Below the pieces are notes generated by a model, which had not been told where the DNA came from, ran no database searches, and saw only the letters and a program-made list of their open reading frames with translations. The position numbers and the translations under genes are program-made. Below, piece after piece: positions 9,306 to 17,652 of a stretch of 64,000 nt of DNA. The stretch's first letter is position 1, and each line of letters begins with the position of its first letter. Source of the DNA: an uncultured bacterium (GTDB lineage Bacteria; Patescibacteriota; Patescibacteriia; CAIQCM01); NCBI GenBank assembly GCA_963708045.1, contig OY970181.1, forward strand, positions 707,740 through 771,739, read 5' to 3'.

Positions 9306-11113
9306 TGATTAAGAATTTTTCACGAAAAAAAAATTCTTTAGGCACGGTCGTTCGCGACCGTATTTTGGCTGGTCTCGCGGTTTTTATCGGGTTAGTTTGT
9401 CTCGTCCGCCTTTTTCAACTACAAGTTTTGGATGCTTCGTTTTATAAAGCTTTGGCCAGCGGCCAGCGCAATGTTTTTTCAAAATTAATCCCCGAACGCG
9501 GCGACATTTTGGTGCGCGATGCTGGTGGAAAAGAATATGCCGTCGCCGCCAATCGCGATATGTGGATGGTCTATGCTGATAATCGCAAAATAACCGACCC
9601 AGCCGCAACGGCCAAGGCGCTCGCGCCACTCCTTGTCGCGCCGGTTTTGGAAAAAGATAAAACACCAGAAGTAATTGTTGAAGAAAAAAAAGCAGCGCTG
9701 GCTACAAAAGAAGAAGAATTAAAAAAACGCTTGTCCGTTTCAACTAATGCGTATAATCCCTTGGCGCACGAATTGGATGACGTCGCTTGTACTGCTATTA
9801 AGTCGCTCGGTATCGCGGGAATTGAATTTACGCCGGAAAAAATTCGTTATTATCCCGATCAAAAATTTGGCGGCCAAGTGCTTGGTTTTTTTGGTTATGA
9901 AGGAAATGAAAAAGTCGGACGTTATGGGATAGAGGGCTATTGGGAAAAAGAGCTGGCTGGTACGCAAGGATTTTTAAAAAGCGAAAGCGATCCGCATGGC
10001 CGGACGATTACCGTTGCCAATACTTCTTTTCGCGAAAAGCAGGACGGCGCTGACCTTGTCCTCACGATTAATCGGACGCTTCAAGACGCTAGTTGTGGCT
10101 GGCTTGATGATTGGGTGAAACAACATGGCGCGAGCTCGGGTTCGCTCGTGATGCTGGATCCAAAAACCGGCGCGATAATGGCGATGTGTGGCTCGCCAAA
10201 TTTTGATCCAAATAATTATGAAAAAGTCGGGTCATCCGGCGATTACAACAATGCCGCCATTTGGAACGCTTATGAACCCGGATCGGTAATGAAAGCCATA
10301 ACCATGTCGGCGGCGCTGGATCAGGGCAAAGTAACCCCGACTACGACCTATACTGATTTTGGCGAACTTACGATTAACGGAAAGGTAATTAAAAATTCCG
10401 AACCAAATCCCTTTGGTGTTCAAACGATGATTCAGGTTTTGGATAATTCGCTCAACACTGGCGCGATTTTTGCGATGCGCCAAATTGGCGGCACGATGTT
10501 AAAAAATTATTTGTTCGCTTTTGGTTTTGGAAAAAAATTAGGCATAGAAACCGATACCGAATCGCCAGGAAATTTAGCCAGCCTTGACCAGAATCGTGAA
10601 ATTTTTGCCGCAACAGCCTCGTTTGGACAGGGGATTACGACCACTGTTCTTCAACTGGCTTCGGCTTACGGAGTAATGGCTAATGGTGGAAAGTTGATGA
10701 AGCCATATGTTGTTGATGAAGTTCGCAATTACGACGGGAAAATTGTAAAAACCGCGCCAAAATTAATTGGGCAAGCGATTTCCGAACACGCCGCCAATTT
10801 GATTACCGGTATGCTTGTTTCGGTGGTAAAAAATGGTCACGGCAAGCGTGCCGGCGTTCCTGGGTATCTTGTTGCTGGAAAAACCGGCACAGCGCAAATT
10901 CCGCGTATGGATGGCCTTGGTTATGAAGATAAGGATACAATCGGAACGTTTGCCGGCTATGCCCCAGTTTCCGACCCAAAATTTGTTTTGGTGGTGCGCG
11001 TTGACAGGCCGCAAGATGTTCAGTTTGCTGAAAGCTCGGCCGCGCCGCTTTTTGGCAAGATTGCCGCTTATACCTTGCAATACTTAGGCATTCCACCGGA
11101 TGATGTTAAGTGA
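9305..11113 (+). CDS. Penicillin-binding protein (FtsI/PBP2-type transpeptidase)
   Basis: N-terminal TM anchor, dimerisation domain, SxxK (GSVMK), SxN (LNTG) and KTGTA motifs. Confidence 0.85.
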   Translation: MIKNFSRKKNSLGTVVRDRILAGLAVFIGLVCLVRLFQLQVLDASFYKALASGQRNVFSKLIPERGDILVRDAGGKEYAVAANRDMWMVYADNRKITDPAATAKALAPLLVAPVLEKDKTPEVIVEEKKAALATKEEELKKRLSVSTNAYNPLAHELDDVACTAIKSLGIAGIEFTPEKIRYYPDQKFGGQVLGFFGYEGNEKVGRYGIEGYWEKELAGTQGFLKSESDPHGRTITVANTSFREKQDGADLVLTINRTLQDASCGWLDDWVKQHGASSGSLVMLDPKTGAIMAMCGSPNFDPNNYEKVGSSGDYNNAAIWNAYEPGSVMKAITMSAALDQGKVTPTTTYTDFGELTINGKVIKNSEPNPFGVQTMIQVLDNSLNTGAIFAMRQIGGTMLKNYLFAFGFGKKLGIETDTESPGNLASLDQNREIFAATASFGQGITTTVLQLASAYGVMANGGKLMKPYVVDEVRNYDGKIVKTAPKLIGQAISEHAANLITGMLVSVVKNGHGKRAGVPGYLVAGKTGTAQIPRMDGLGYEDKDTIGTFAGYAPVSDPKFVLVVRVDRPQDVQFAESSAAPLFGKIAAYTLQYLGIPPDDVK

Positions 11114-11200
11114 GGTGTTAGGTTTTAGGTATCAGGTGTTAGGTTTTAACATACGACCTTTGACCTGTAACCTTGAACCTTGCACCTTGAACCTAATAAC
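11114..11200. repeat. Intergenic heptamer-unit inverted repeat, family 3 (AGGTGTT/AGGTTTT ... AACCTTG units)
   Basis: aggtgttaggttttaggtatcaggtgttaggtttta...acctttgacctgtaaccttgaaccttgcaccttgaacctaa. Confidence 0.8.
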
Positions 11201-11203
11201 AAT

Positions 11204-12493
11204 ATGAAAAACCTTATTGAAAAAATATTGTCCGCGCTTGCAAGCGCGATCATAAAAAAGTATAAGCCGATGGTGGTCGCGGTTACTGGTTCGGCTGGTA
11301 AGACCTCGGCCAGAGAAGCGATTTACGCGGCGGTAAATACCGAGTTTGACGCGCGCGCTTCGCTAAAAAATTATAATAACGACCTTGGCTTGCCGCTTTC
11401 AATCATCAACGCTAAGTCGGTCGGAAAAAATATTTTTAGCTGGCTTAAAATTATTGCACGCGGCGTTTCGTTTATTGTTTTTTTGCGGCGTTTTCCCGGC
11501 GTTTTAATTTTAGAAATGGCGGCTGATCATCCGGGCGACCTCGCACGGCTCGTAAAAATTGCACCGCCGAATGTTTCCGTTATTACCTCAGTCGGTTCGG
11601 CGCATATGGAATTTTTCGGTTCCGAAAGCGCGATTGCCGAAGAAAAAGCAACCCTTGTTCATGCGCTGACCGTTGATGGCGTTGCTGTTTTGAATGCTGA
11701 CGATTCGCGGGTTAATGGTATGCGCTCGACTTGCAAAGGAAAAATTATAACTTTTGGAATAGACAATGTTGCCGACGTTCGTGCGACAAAAATTGAATAT
11801 CTTCGCGACACGCAATCGCTTGCGGTAACCGGACTTTGTGTTGAAGCCGCAATTAAAAATCAAAAAGTAAATTTTATTCTTCATGGTGCGATCGGAAAAA
11901 ATCATGTCTTGGCCGCGCTGGCTGGTTTGGCCGCTGCTTATGCGTTAAAAATAAAACCAGAAACCGCCGCGCTAAATTTGGAAAAAATAAAACTCGCCCC
12001 TGGTCGGTCGCATTTAATTCCGGGCATAAAAGAAACAATGATTATTGACGACTCATACAACGCTTCGCCGGCAACGGTTTTAAGTGCCTTAGTGGCGTTA
12101 AAAGATTATCCGGTCGTCGGAAACGGCCGACGCATTGCGCTTATCGGCGATATGCTTGAGCTTGGTGGCTATACCGAAACCGCGCATAAAAATGTTGGCG
12201 AAACGGCGGCAAGACTTGGTATTGATTTTTTGTACGGTGTTGGCGAACGAATGCACGACGCTTGCACCGCGGCGCGCGCCGCGGGAATGGGGGAGGAACA
12301 AATTATTCATATGGAAAATGCCGGCTCGGCCGCGCGCTTTCTTCAGGAACGTTTGCATCCAAACGACGTGATTTTAATTAAGGGCTCGCAAGGAATGCGC
12401 ACTGAACGCGCCGTCCGCGAACTAATGCTTGAACCGGAAAAAGCCGAAGAACTTCTTTGTCGGCAGGGGAAGGAGTGGGTGGATGGCACGTAG
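11204..12493 (+). CDS. murF: UDP-N-acetylmuramoyl-tripeptide--D-alanyl-D-alanine ligase (MurF)
   Basis: VVAVTGSAGKTS P-loop, Mur ligase middle/C-terminal motifs (DDSYNASP). Start moved to ATG 11204; upstream TTG lies inside the repeat. Confidence 0.85.
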   Translation: MKNLIEKILSALASAIIKKYKPMVVAVTGSAGKTSAREAIYAAVNTEFDARASLKNYNNDLGLPLSIINAKSVGKNIFSWLKIIARGVSFIVFLRRFPGVLILEMAADHPGDLARLVKIAPPNVSVITSVGSAHMEFFGSESAIAEEKATLVHALTVDGVAVLNADDSRVNGMRSTCKGKIITFGIDNVADVRATKIEYLRDTQSLAVTGLCVEAAIKNQKVNFILHGAIGKNHVLAALAGLAAAYALKIKPETAALNLEKIKLAPGRSHLIPGIKETMIIDDSYNASPATVLSALVALKDYPVVGNGRRIALIGDMLELGGYTETAHKNVGETAARLGIDFLYGVGERMHDACTAARAAGMGEEQIIHMENAGSAARFLQERLHPNDVILIKGSQGMRTERAVRELMLEPEKAEELLCRQGKEWVDGT

Positions 12494-12576
12494 CACGTGG
12501 CATGTGGCATGTGGCATGTGGCGTGTGGCACGTAGCACGTAGCGCGTGGCTTGTAGTACGTGATACGTAGTAGGTG
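12491..12576. repeat. Tandem heptamer array, family 2 (GCACGTG/GCATGTG/GCACGTA, ~11 units), overlapping murF stop
   Basis: tagcacgtggcatgtggcatgtggcgtgtggcacgtagcacgtagcgcgtggcttgtagtacgtgatacgtagtaggtgg; 7-nt periodicity; second copy at 19046-19092. Confidence 0.8.
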
Positions 12577-12604
12577 GTTACTGTGGAATTAATGAAAAAA
12601 TCTT

Positions 12605-12646
12605 TCGCATCACATTAAATCGCGATCGCGATTTAATGTGATGCGA
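12605..12646. repeat. 42-bp perfect palindrome centred on CGATCG
   Basis: tcgcatcacattaaatcgcgatcgcgatttaatgtgatgcga (perfect inverted symmetry). Confidence 0.85.
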
Positions 12647-12663
12647 GTAAATATTTGAATAAA

Positions 12664-12691
12664 CGAAAACCCTTGAGACACTCAAGGGTTT
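12664..12691. terminator. Bidirectional intrinsic terminator hairpin
   Basis: aaaacccttgagacactcaagggtttt: 10-bp GC-containing stem flanked by A-run and T-run. Confidence 0.6.
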
Positions 12692-12718
12692 TGCGGTTAA
12701 GAGGAAGTGACGGTTTGT

Positions 12719-13315
12719 TTATTTGTCCGGTAGAACGCCGGGGTGGGTGAAGCTGAAAAAGGCTTGGCCTGTTCTTTGGCTTATTTCCCCCCTGAGCGGT
12801 CCGACCGATATGCCGGGATAGACCGTGAAAATCTCCAGACTCCAACCACCCCCAATGCGCATGAAGTCGCAGGAAAAAGTCACGGCATAGGTGAGCATTG
12901 CTAAGTGATGCGTGCCTTGTTTGACCCTAAGCCCAGTACAGCTTCTGTTAAGGCCAAAGGGTTCAAGATCGTCAACTTCAAAGAGCGTGAGCGGCGCGGT
13001 TGAGGACCAGCCAACCTGACGAGAGTGGGTGACGGAAAAATACCTTTGCCGTTCACGGGAGCCGATGATGGCGTTGGTGATACTCGGCAATTCAGCGCAA
13101 AATCGCTGAACGAAATCTCCGTCGGCAAAAACTTCGTTAAAGTTGCGCCAAAGCAAGAAGTTGCCGGCAAGCGGTTCGCCACCTGGTCGGAAACAGGTGT
13201 TTCTAAGGCAAAGCTCAACAGTATCTCGACAGTAGACGGTTGTGTCGGCAAACCCAGGAATACGAAGGAACCGTGAGAACGCTACGTGTGATGGCATCGT
13301 GTGAATCCTTTGCAC
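12719..13315 (-). CDS. Hypothetical protein (198 aa)
   Basis: Long ORF in GC-richer DNA, divergent from 13541 gene; no recognisable domain. Confidence 0.45.
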   Translation of the reverse strand: MQRIHTMPSHVAFSRFLRIPGFADTTVYCRDTVELCLRNTCFRPGGEPLAGNFLLWRNFNEVFADGDFVQRFCAELPSITNAIIGSRERQRYFSVTHSRQVGWSSTAPLTLFEVDDLEPFGLNRSCTGLRVKQGTHHLAMLTYAVTFSCDFMRIGGGWSLEIFTVYPGISVGPLRGEISQRTGQAFFSFTHPGVLPDK

Positions 13316-13381
13316 GTTGTTACTGCCCCATTGTTAACTGTGGTAGCGGGCATCCGAAGATGATATTCTAACTCGCTGTTT

Positions 13382-13424
13382 TCGTCAAGGATCATTGACG
13401 AAACAGATAAAATATGATATAAAC
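13382..13424 (+). promoter_or_regulatory. Sigma70-like promoter (TTGACG-17-TATAAA) with near-palindromic operator tcgtcaaggatcattgacga overlapping -35
   Basis: tcgtcaaggatcattgacgaaacagataaaatatgatataaa; same operator recurs at 14819-14837. Confidence 0.55.
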
Positions 13425-13540
13425 TAACGTTGTTCTTTGACTGAAATTACGATCAGAATCAGGAATCTTTAGCTGAATTTTCGGCCGATGGTTCTTGATT
13501 CTGATTCATACCAAACCACAAAAATTGGACAGGAGCCGCT

Positions 13541-13915
13541 ATGATCAATGCATTCTTTTCACTCACGTCGCTTGTTGGTGGTATCAGTTCTGGGCGGTTT
13601 AGCCAGAATGATCTAGACACTGGTTTTTTCTGCCTTCTTCGGGAACGGCGGTTCGTGATGGATCAACCCGGGGAACTTCCTGGGACGGCTGAGGATTATC
13701 AACAAGTTGTTCGTGCGATTCAACAAGCTGAGAGTGATGGTCGTGCTCTTTGGTTTGATGGAATCCCAACCTACGGTCCGCTCTATGATTTTCTTCAGAA
13801 AAACGGTTTCCTTGAACTTGTTCAGGCAATCGGACGTAGGAGAGAAGATCGCTTGGTGTGTAGTGTCGTTCAAAAAGCGGCAATGAGTTTCAAAATCACG
13901 TTTATCTATTTTTGA
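13541..13915 (+). CDS. Hypothetical protein (124 aa)
   Basis: ORF following promoter/operator, 5'UTR contains inverted repeat atcagaatcaggaatc...gttcttgattctgat. Confidence 0.45.
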   Translation: MINAFFSLTSLVGGISSGRFSQNDLDTGFFCLLRERRFVMDQPGELPGTAEDYQQVVRAIQQAESDGRALWFDGIPTYGPLYDFLQKNGFLELVQAIGRRREDRLVCSVVQKAAMSFKITFIYF

Positions 13916-13927
13916 GTCGCGATTTCT

Positions 13928-13978
13928 TCACCCACCACAAAAGCATTCACTGCTTCCGTGGTGGGTGTTTTTGTTTTT
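13928..13978 (+). terminator. Intrinsic terminator (island terminator family)
   Basis: cacccaccacaaaagcattcactgcttccgtggtgggtgtttttgtttttt: 10-bp stem + T-run. Confidence 0.7.
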
Positions 13979-14020
13979 TAATTCTTCCAACTTTTTCCGA
14001 TCGGAAAAAGTTGGAAGAAT
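13979..14020. repeat. 42-bp perfect palindrome centred on CGATCG (copy 1 of 2 near-identical)
   Basis: aattcttccaactttttccgatcggaaaaagttggaagaatt; near-identical copy at 15581-15622. Confidence 0.85.
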
Positions 14021-14140
14021 TTAAAAATAGAAAGTCAAAGGAATTAAGTCTAATTCTTGACATAACCTCTCTGAAGTATCGGCAGGGAAATACGTGGTTC
14101 TTTGAGTTTAGAATGTGGGAAGTGATATAATAACGTCGTT

Positions 14141-14656
14141 ATGACGAAGTGTTGTTTTCGCACACAAACACCAAACCGTGCGGCGTTCACACTGGTTGAA
14201 CTTTTGGTTGTGATTGCGATTATTGGCTTGCTTTCAACAATCGCGGTGGTGGCTTTGGGTTCGGTGAGAAGGCAGGCGCGAAACACCAAACGGATTGCCG
14301 ATGTTAAACAGCTTGTAACAGCTTTTAGTTTGGGACTTGATGCCAATGGCACCTATCCGTCGTCTGGTGGCGATGTTTACGCCTGTATTGCTTCAACTTG
14401 TACCGCCAGTTGGAGTGGCTTTGCCCCCAACGAGATAGTTAACACCTTTTTTCAAACGTATATGGCAACCAAGCCAACAGACCCCAATGACAATAATTCT
14501 CGTTTGCAAGGCGGATATCTTTATAACGGACAAGACCCCTCCCTTGGAGGTGTTCCTGGAATAAATTACCTCCTTGAGCCGCCAGCCACTTGCGGAGTTG
14601 GGCAACTCATCGGAACGAACGCAAACTACGTTTGGTGTGGCGTTAAGCTTGAGTAA
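14141..14656 (+). CDS. Type IV pilin-like protein (class III signal peptide)
   Basis: N-terminal prepilin motif RAAFTLVELLVVIAIIGLLSTIAVVAL (conserved with the other pilins in this window); C-terminal Cys pairs. Confidence 0.7.
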   Translation: MTKCCFRTQTPNRAAFTLVELLVVIAIIGLLSTIAVVALGSVRRQARNTKRIADVKQLVTAFSLGLDANGTYPSSGGDVYACIASTCTASWSGFAPNEIVNTFFQTYMATKPTDPNDNNSRLQGGYLYNGQDPSLGGVPGINYLLEPPATCGVGQLIGTNANYVWCGVKLE

Positions 14657-14712
14657 GTGTTATTGGCACTCGTTGTAAACTTTTAGCTCAATACTCCACG
14701 CTAATGGATAAC

Positions 14713-14862
14713 TTTATAAATAGGGTCAGGTCTGATTTTAAATGTAAAAAAATTTTAGATTGAATGTTGGGGTTTTGGTTGACACATTAGGTGGCGCAGT
14801 GGGTATAGAACGCGGGGTTCGTCAAGGATCATTGACAAAGTGTTAAAAAACCGTATACTTTT
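14713..14862 (+). promoter_or_regulatory. Conserved ~100-nt upstream module (copy A) + operator cgtcaaggatcattgaca overlapping TTGACA-16-TATACT promoter
   Basis: tttataaatagggtcagg...ttaggtggcgcagtgggtatagaacgcggggttcgtcaaggatcattgacaaagtgttaaaaaaccgtatact. Confidence 0.55.
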
Positions 14863-14900
14863 TTTGACTGAAGAAACTCGGAAACAAAAGGGGGAAAAGG

Positions 14901-15455
14901 ATGAAAAATTTGATGTTCGTTTTGGTTGCGCTCTTTGCAATAAACTGCAGTTCGTCGGATGGTGGCAAAACGTCTTCGCCTGCGGGTGTGAACGCACCCG
15001 CTCTAATTTGCGGAAGCGATGTCTCTTGCGGAGGTGATCTTTCTGGGGAATGGCTCGTCACGGAAACGTGCATGAGCAAAGAATTTCGGGATAATTTTGA
15101 CAAACTTTCAAAGGGGAATTCTTACCAATCATGCGTTTCGTCGGCGGAAATGAAACTACTCTCGCCTGGTGTTGTGGTGACATTTCCGAATGGGAATTGG
15201 TTCACCAATGATAGTATCAAAATCGTTCTTGAGTATTCAATGTCAGAGGCTTGCCTGCAAAAGTACGGTAAGAATTGTGCTGTGATGGGAACAAATTTGG
15301 ACTGTTCGCTCACCAACAACGATCTCTGTACGTGTGCTACGATTCCAGAGGGAACGGAAGAACAGGAATCAATGCACAACTACTGCGTTCAGGGCGACAC
15401 GCTCGTATTTTCCACCGGCGTTGGCGTGGCTTTTTTTCTTACGCGGATGAAATAA
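14901..15455 (+). CDS. Cysteine-rich putative lipoprotein (184 aa)
   Basis: Strong RBS aaagggggaaaaggATG; signal peptide with lipobox-like LFAINC; ~12 Cys. Confidence 0.6.
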   Translation: MKNLMFVLVALFAINCSSSDGGKTSSPAGVNAPALICGSDVSCGGDLSGEWLVTETCMSKEFRDNFDKLSKGNSYQSCVSSAEMKLLSPGVVVTFPNGNWFTNDSIKIVLEYSMSEACLQKYGKNCAVMGTNLDCSLTNNDLCTCATIPEGTEEQESMHNYCVQGDTLVFSTGVGVAFFLTRMK

Positions 15456-15495
15456 AAGACAATACCAAACAGCGTAGGGTGCGACTTAATCTCAC

Positions 15496-15546
15496 ACCCG
15501 CGACAAAAGCACCTACTGCTTCTTTCGCGGGTGTTTTTGTTTTTGA
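15496..15546 (+). terminator. Intrinsic terminator (island terminator family)
   Basis: cacccgcgacaaaagcacctactgcttctttcgcgggtgtttttgtttttg. Confidence 0.7.
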
Positions 15547-15580
15547 ATTTTTTTGTATGTGATTATATTTTTATTTTTTA

Positions 15581-15622
15581 AATTCTTCCGACTTTTTCCG
15601 ATCGGAAAAAGTCGGAAGAATT
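15581..15622. repeat. 42-bp perfect palindrome centred on CGATCG (copy 2)
   Basis: aattcttccgactttttccgatcggaaaaagtcggaagaatt. Confidence 0.85.
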
Positions 15623-15637
15623 ATAATAGATGGAAAA

Positions 15638-15770
15638 TTTATAAAATATGGACAAGCTATATTTATGATAAAAATACCGAGATTGAATCTTGGGATTTTT
15701 AAGTGGCGCAATGAATATAGAACGCGGGGACTAAGTATCTTGACAAAATGGCCAAAATATAGTAAGAGTT
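15638..15770 (+). promoter_or_regulatory. Conserved upstream module (copy B) with promoter-like hexamers
   Basis: tttataaaatatggacaagctatatttatgataaaaataccgagattgaatcttgggatttttaagtggcgcaatgaatatagaacgcgggg...cttgacaaaatggccaaaatatagt. Confidence 0.5.
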
Positions 15771-15820
15771 CAGTAGCTGCTTAAAAAAGCAGCTCCTCTC
15801 AACATAGGAAGGAGCTCGGA

Positions 15821-16627
15821 ATGCAGACACAACACGATCAGACCAGGAGCGCTATTCCCTCCATTGCCACTAAATCTGTGGCATCCGCGAGATATGGTAT
15901 AGACAACCCGCCGCTATCTGAAGAATCGGCTGCCACGCGAATAGAGACTCTGGTTGGCGAAATTCAGGTCGTTGAAACAGACTTGGAGATGAGCAACCCC
16001 GAGACATATGCAGGTTTGGGAACCTATGCCGAGTGGCGCAAACGCGCGGTTAGTGCGCTCGGACACATAAAGAAGGAACTCAAGTTCCTGCGTCGATGGG
16101 TTGATCAACAACGTGTGGCGAAAAAAGCGGCCAAGCGCCAGGTCGCCGACGAGTCCGCCATCCGTAATTACGAAGGACTCGGCATTATCGCTCGCGGGAT
16201 CAAGGCTCGAGCAATCGAGTTGGCGGTGAAAATTGGTGGGGCGTATGAGGTGCGCTATAGAGAGTCCGTCTCGCCCCCTGATTTGCTAACAGCGATTGCA
16301 AGACGCACCGAGCTCGTCGCAATCAAGGAAAGTTTGGGGGATGCTTTTCAGGAAATAACGGCTGCGTGGACCAGTCATCCGTTGCGTCGTGAAGAGATGG
16401 GTGTTGCCAAGGCACCGCTCAATAAAATCCTCAAATGCGTTGAAAGGGAACTTGGTGTGATAAAGGTGTACATCGCTCAGAGTACACCTCGACAACCCAC
16501 TCCAGTTGCTGGATGGAAGACTATCTGCATTGGTTTTTTCGAGAGGATGCTCGAAAACGGCGCTGATTTAACTCAGGAAGAAGTGGCAGTATTGGTTTGG
16601 TTAAAAGCCACCAAGATGCCTGCCTAG
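15821..16627 (+). CDS. Hypothetical protein (268 aa)
   Basis: RBS aggaaggagctcggaATG; hairpin agctgcttaaaaaagcagct in 5'UTR; no recognisable domain. Confidence 0.5.
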   Translation: MQTQHDQTRSAIPSIATKSVASARYGIDNPPLSEESAATRIETLVGEIQVVETDLEMSNPETYAGLGTYAEWRKRAVSALGHIKKELKFLRRWVDQQRVAKKAAKRQVADESAIRNYEGLGIIARGIKARAIELAVKIGGAYEVRYRESVSPPDLLTAIARRTELVAIKESLGDAFQEITAAWTSHPLRREEMGVAKAPLNKILKCVERELGVIKVYIAQSTPRQPTPVAGWKTICIGFFERMLENGADLTQEEVAVLVWLKATKMPA

Positions 16628-16641
16628 ACGTCCACAACCCG

Positions 16642-16687
16642 CACCCGCGACAGAAGTATTCGTTACTTCTCTCGCGGGTGTTTTTTA
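16642..16687 (+). terminator. Intrinsic terminator (island terminator family)
   Basis: cacccgcgacagaagtattcgttacttctctcgcgggtgttttttaag: ~17-bp stem, one mismatch. Confidence 0.75.
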
Positions 16688-16761
16688 AGTTTTTTTTAAG
16701 GATTGACAGATGCTTTAAACTGGGTTGATATAGAAGAGCCATTTATGGGCGAGGAGGGAAA

Positions 16762-17532
16762 ATGAATCCTTATATAGGCATAACCGATTTCACCGAATCG
16801 AATCAAGTTCGTCGCATACTCGAAGTATTTCATACTGTTTTTCCTGATGGTACGAATTGGCGTCTGCATGTCGGCGTGATGATGAGTTACAAAACACTCA
16901 GAGGGTTGCCGACAAAGTGGCAAGCATCTTTTCCGGCCAAGGAAAAAATCGCCAGCATTTTCTTTTCTCATGAGGCCTATAACTGTCTGCACTACGCCGA
17001 CTACGACGCCAATCATGAACTGTCAAAAATCTTGAGTGAGGCGATTTGTTGGTGCGGGCGCGGATTAAACGCTGTTCAGCTTGATATGATCTGGCCTAAC
17101 CCCGGGGAAGTCGCAGAAGCAATTCATCGTTCACGCATAAACATTGAGGTCATTCTACAGCTTGGCGCAAACGCTCTGGCGGAAACAGGTGGTGATCCAG
17201 CTGTCACTGTGAACCGTCTTCGCGATTACGAAGGAGTAATCCACCGTGTGCTCATTGACAAGAGCATGGGTCGCGGGCTCGTCATGGACGCCAACGTGCT
17301 TCTTCCTTTCGTTTCCGCCATCCGACAACATTTCCCGACATTGGGCATAGGCGTGGCTGGTGGTCTGGGGCCAGGCACGGTCGAGGCGGCACAACCACTC
17401 CTTAGAGCTTTTCCTGATCTAAGTATTGACGCCCAAGGACGACTTCGTCCAAGTGGAAACGCTCTGGATCCAATTGATTGGGATATAGCCTCGGAATACC
17501 TAGTTCAAGCCGCCTCAATCATTAGAGAATAG
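16762..17532 (+). CDS. TIM-barrel protein resembling phosphoribosylanthranilate isomerase (TrpF-like)
   Basis: YIGITDF (cf. KICGIT), GLNAVQLDM (cf. LNAVQLHG), VLIDKSMGRGLVMD, IGVAGGLGPGTV (cf. LSGGLNPENV) pattern match recalled TrpF motifs; not verified by search. Confidence 0.4.
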   Translation: MNPYIGITDFTESNQVRRILEVFHTVFPDGTNWRLHVGVMMSYKTLRGLPTKWQASFPAKEKIASIFFSHEAYNCLHYADYDANHELSKILSEAICWCGRGLNAVQLDMIWPNPGEVAEAIHRSRINIEVILQLGANALAETGGDPAVTVNRLRDYEGVIHRVLIDKSMGRGLVMDANVLLPFVSAIRQHFPTLGIGVAGGLGPGTVEAAQPLLRAFPDLSIDAQGRLRPSGNALDPIDWDIASEYLVQAASIIRE

Positions 17533-17567
17533 ACTCTCAAACGAAGGAAATACGACCCTCGTTTCAC

Positions 17568-17607
17568 ACCCGCGACAGAAGTATTCGTTACTTCTCTCGC
17601 GGGTGTT
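17568..17607 (+). terminator. Intrinsic terminator (near-identical to 16642-16687)
   Basis: cacccgcgacagaagtattcgttacttctctcgcgggtgtttttgtttttt. Confidence 0.75.
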
Positions 17608-17652
17608 TTTGTTTTTTAATTTTTGTATATTGTAATTTAAATAGACGAAAAA

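Noticed and set aside
12491-12576. Possible CRISPR array (regular short repeats)
   Set aside because: Units are 7 nt with no interspersed unique spacers and no cas genes; this is a microsatellite-like tandem array, not CRISPR. The same applies to the other heptamer arrays.
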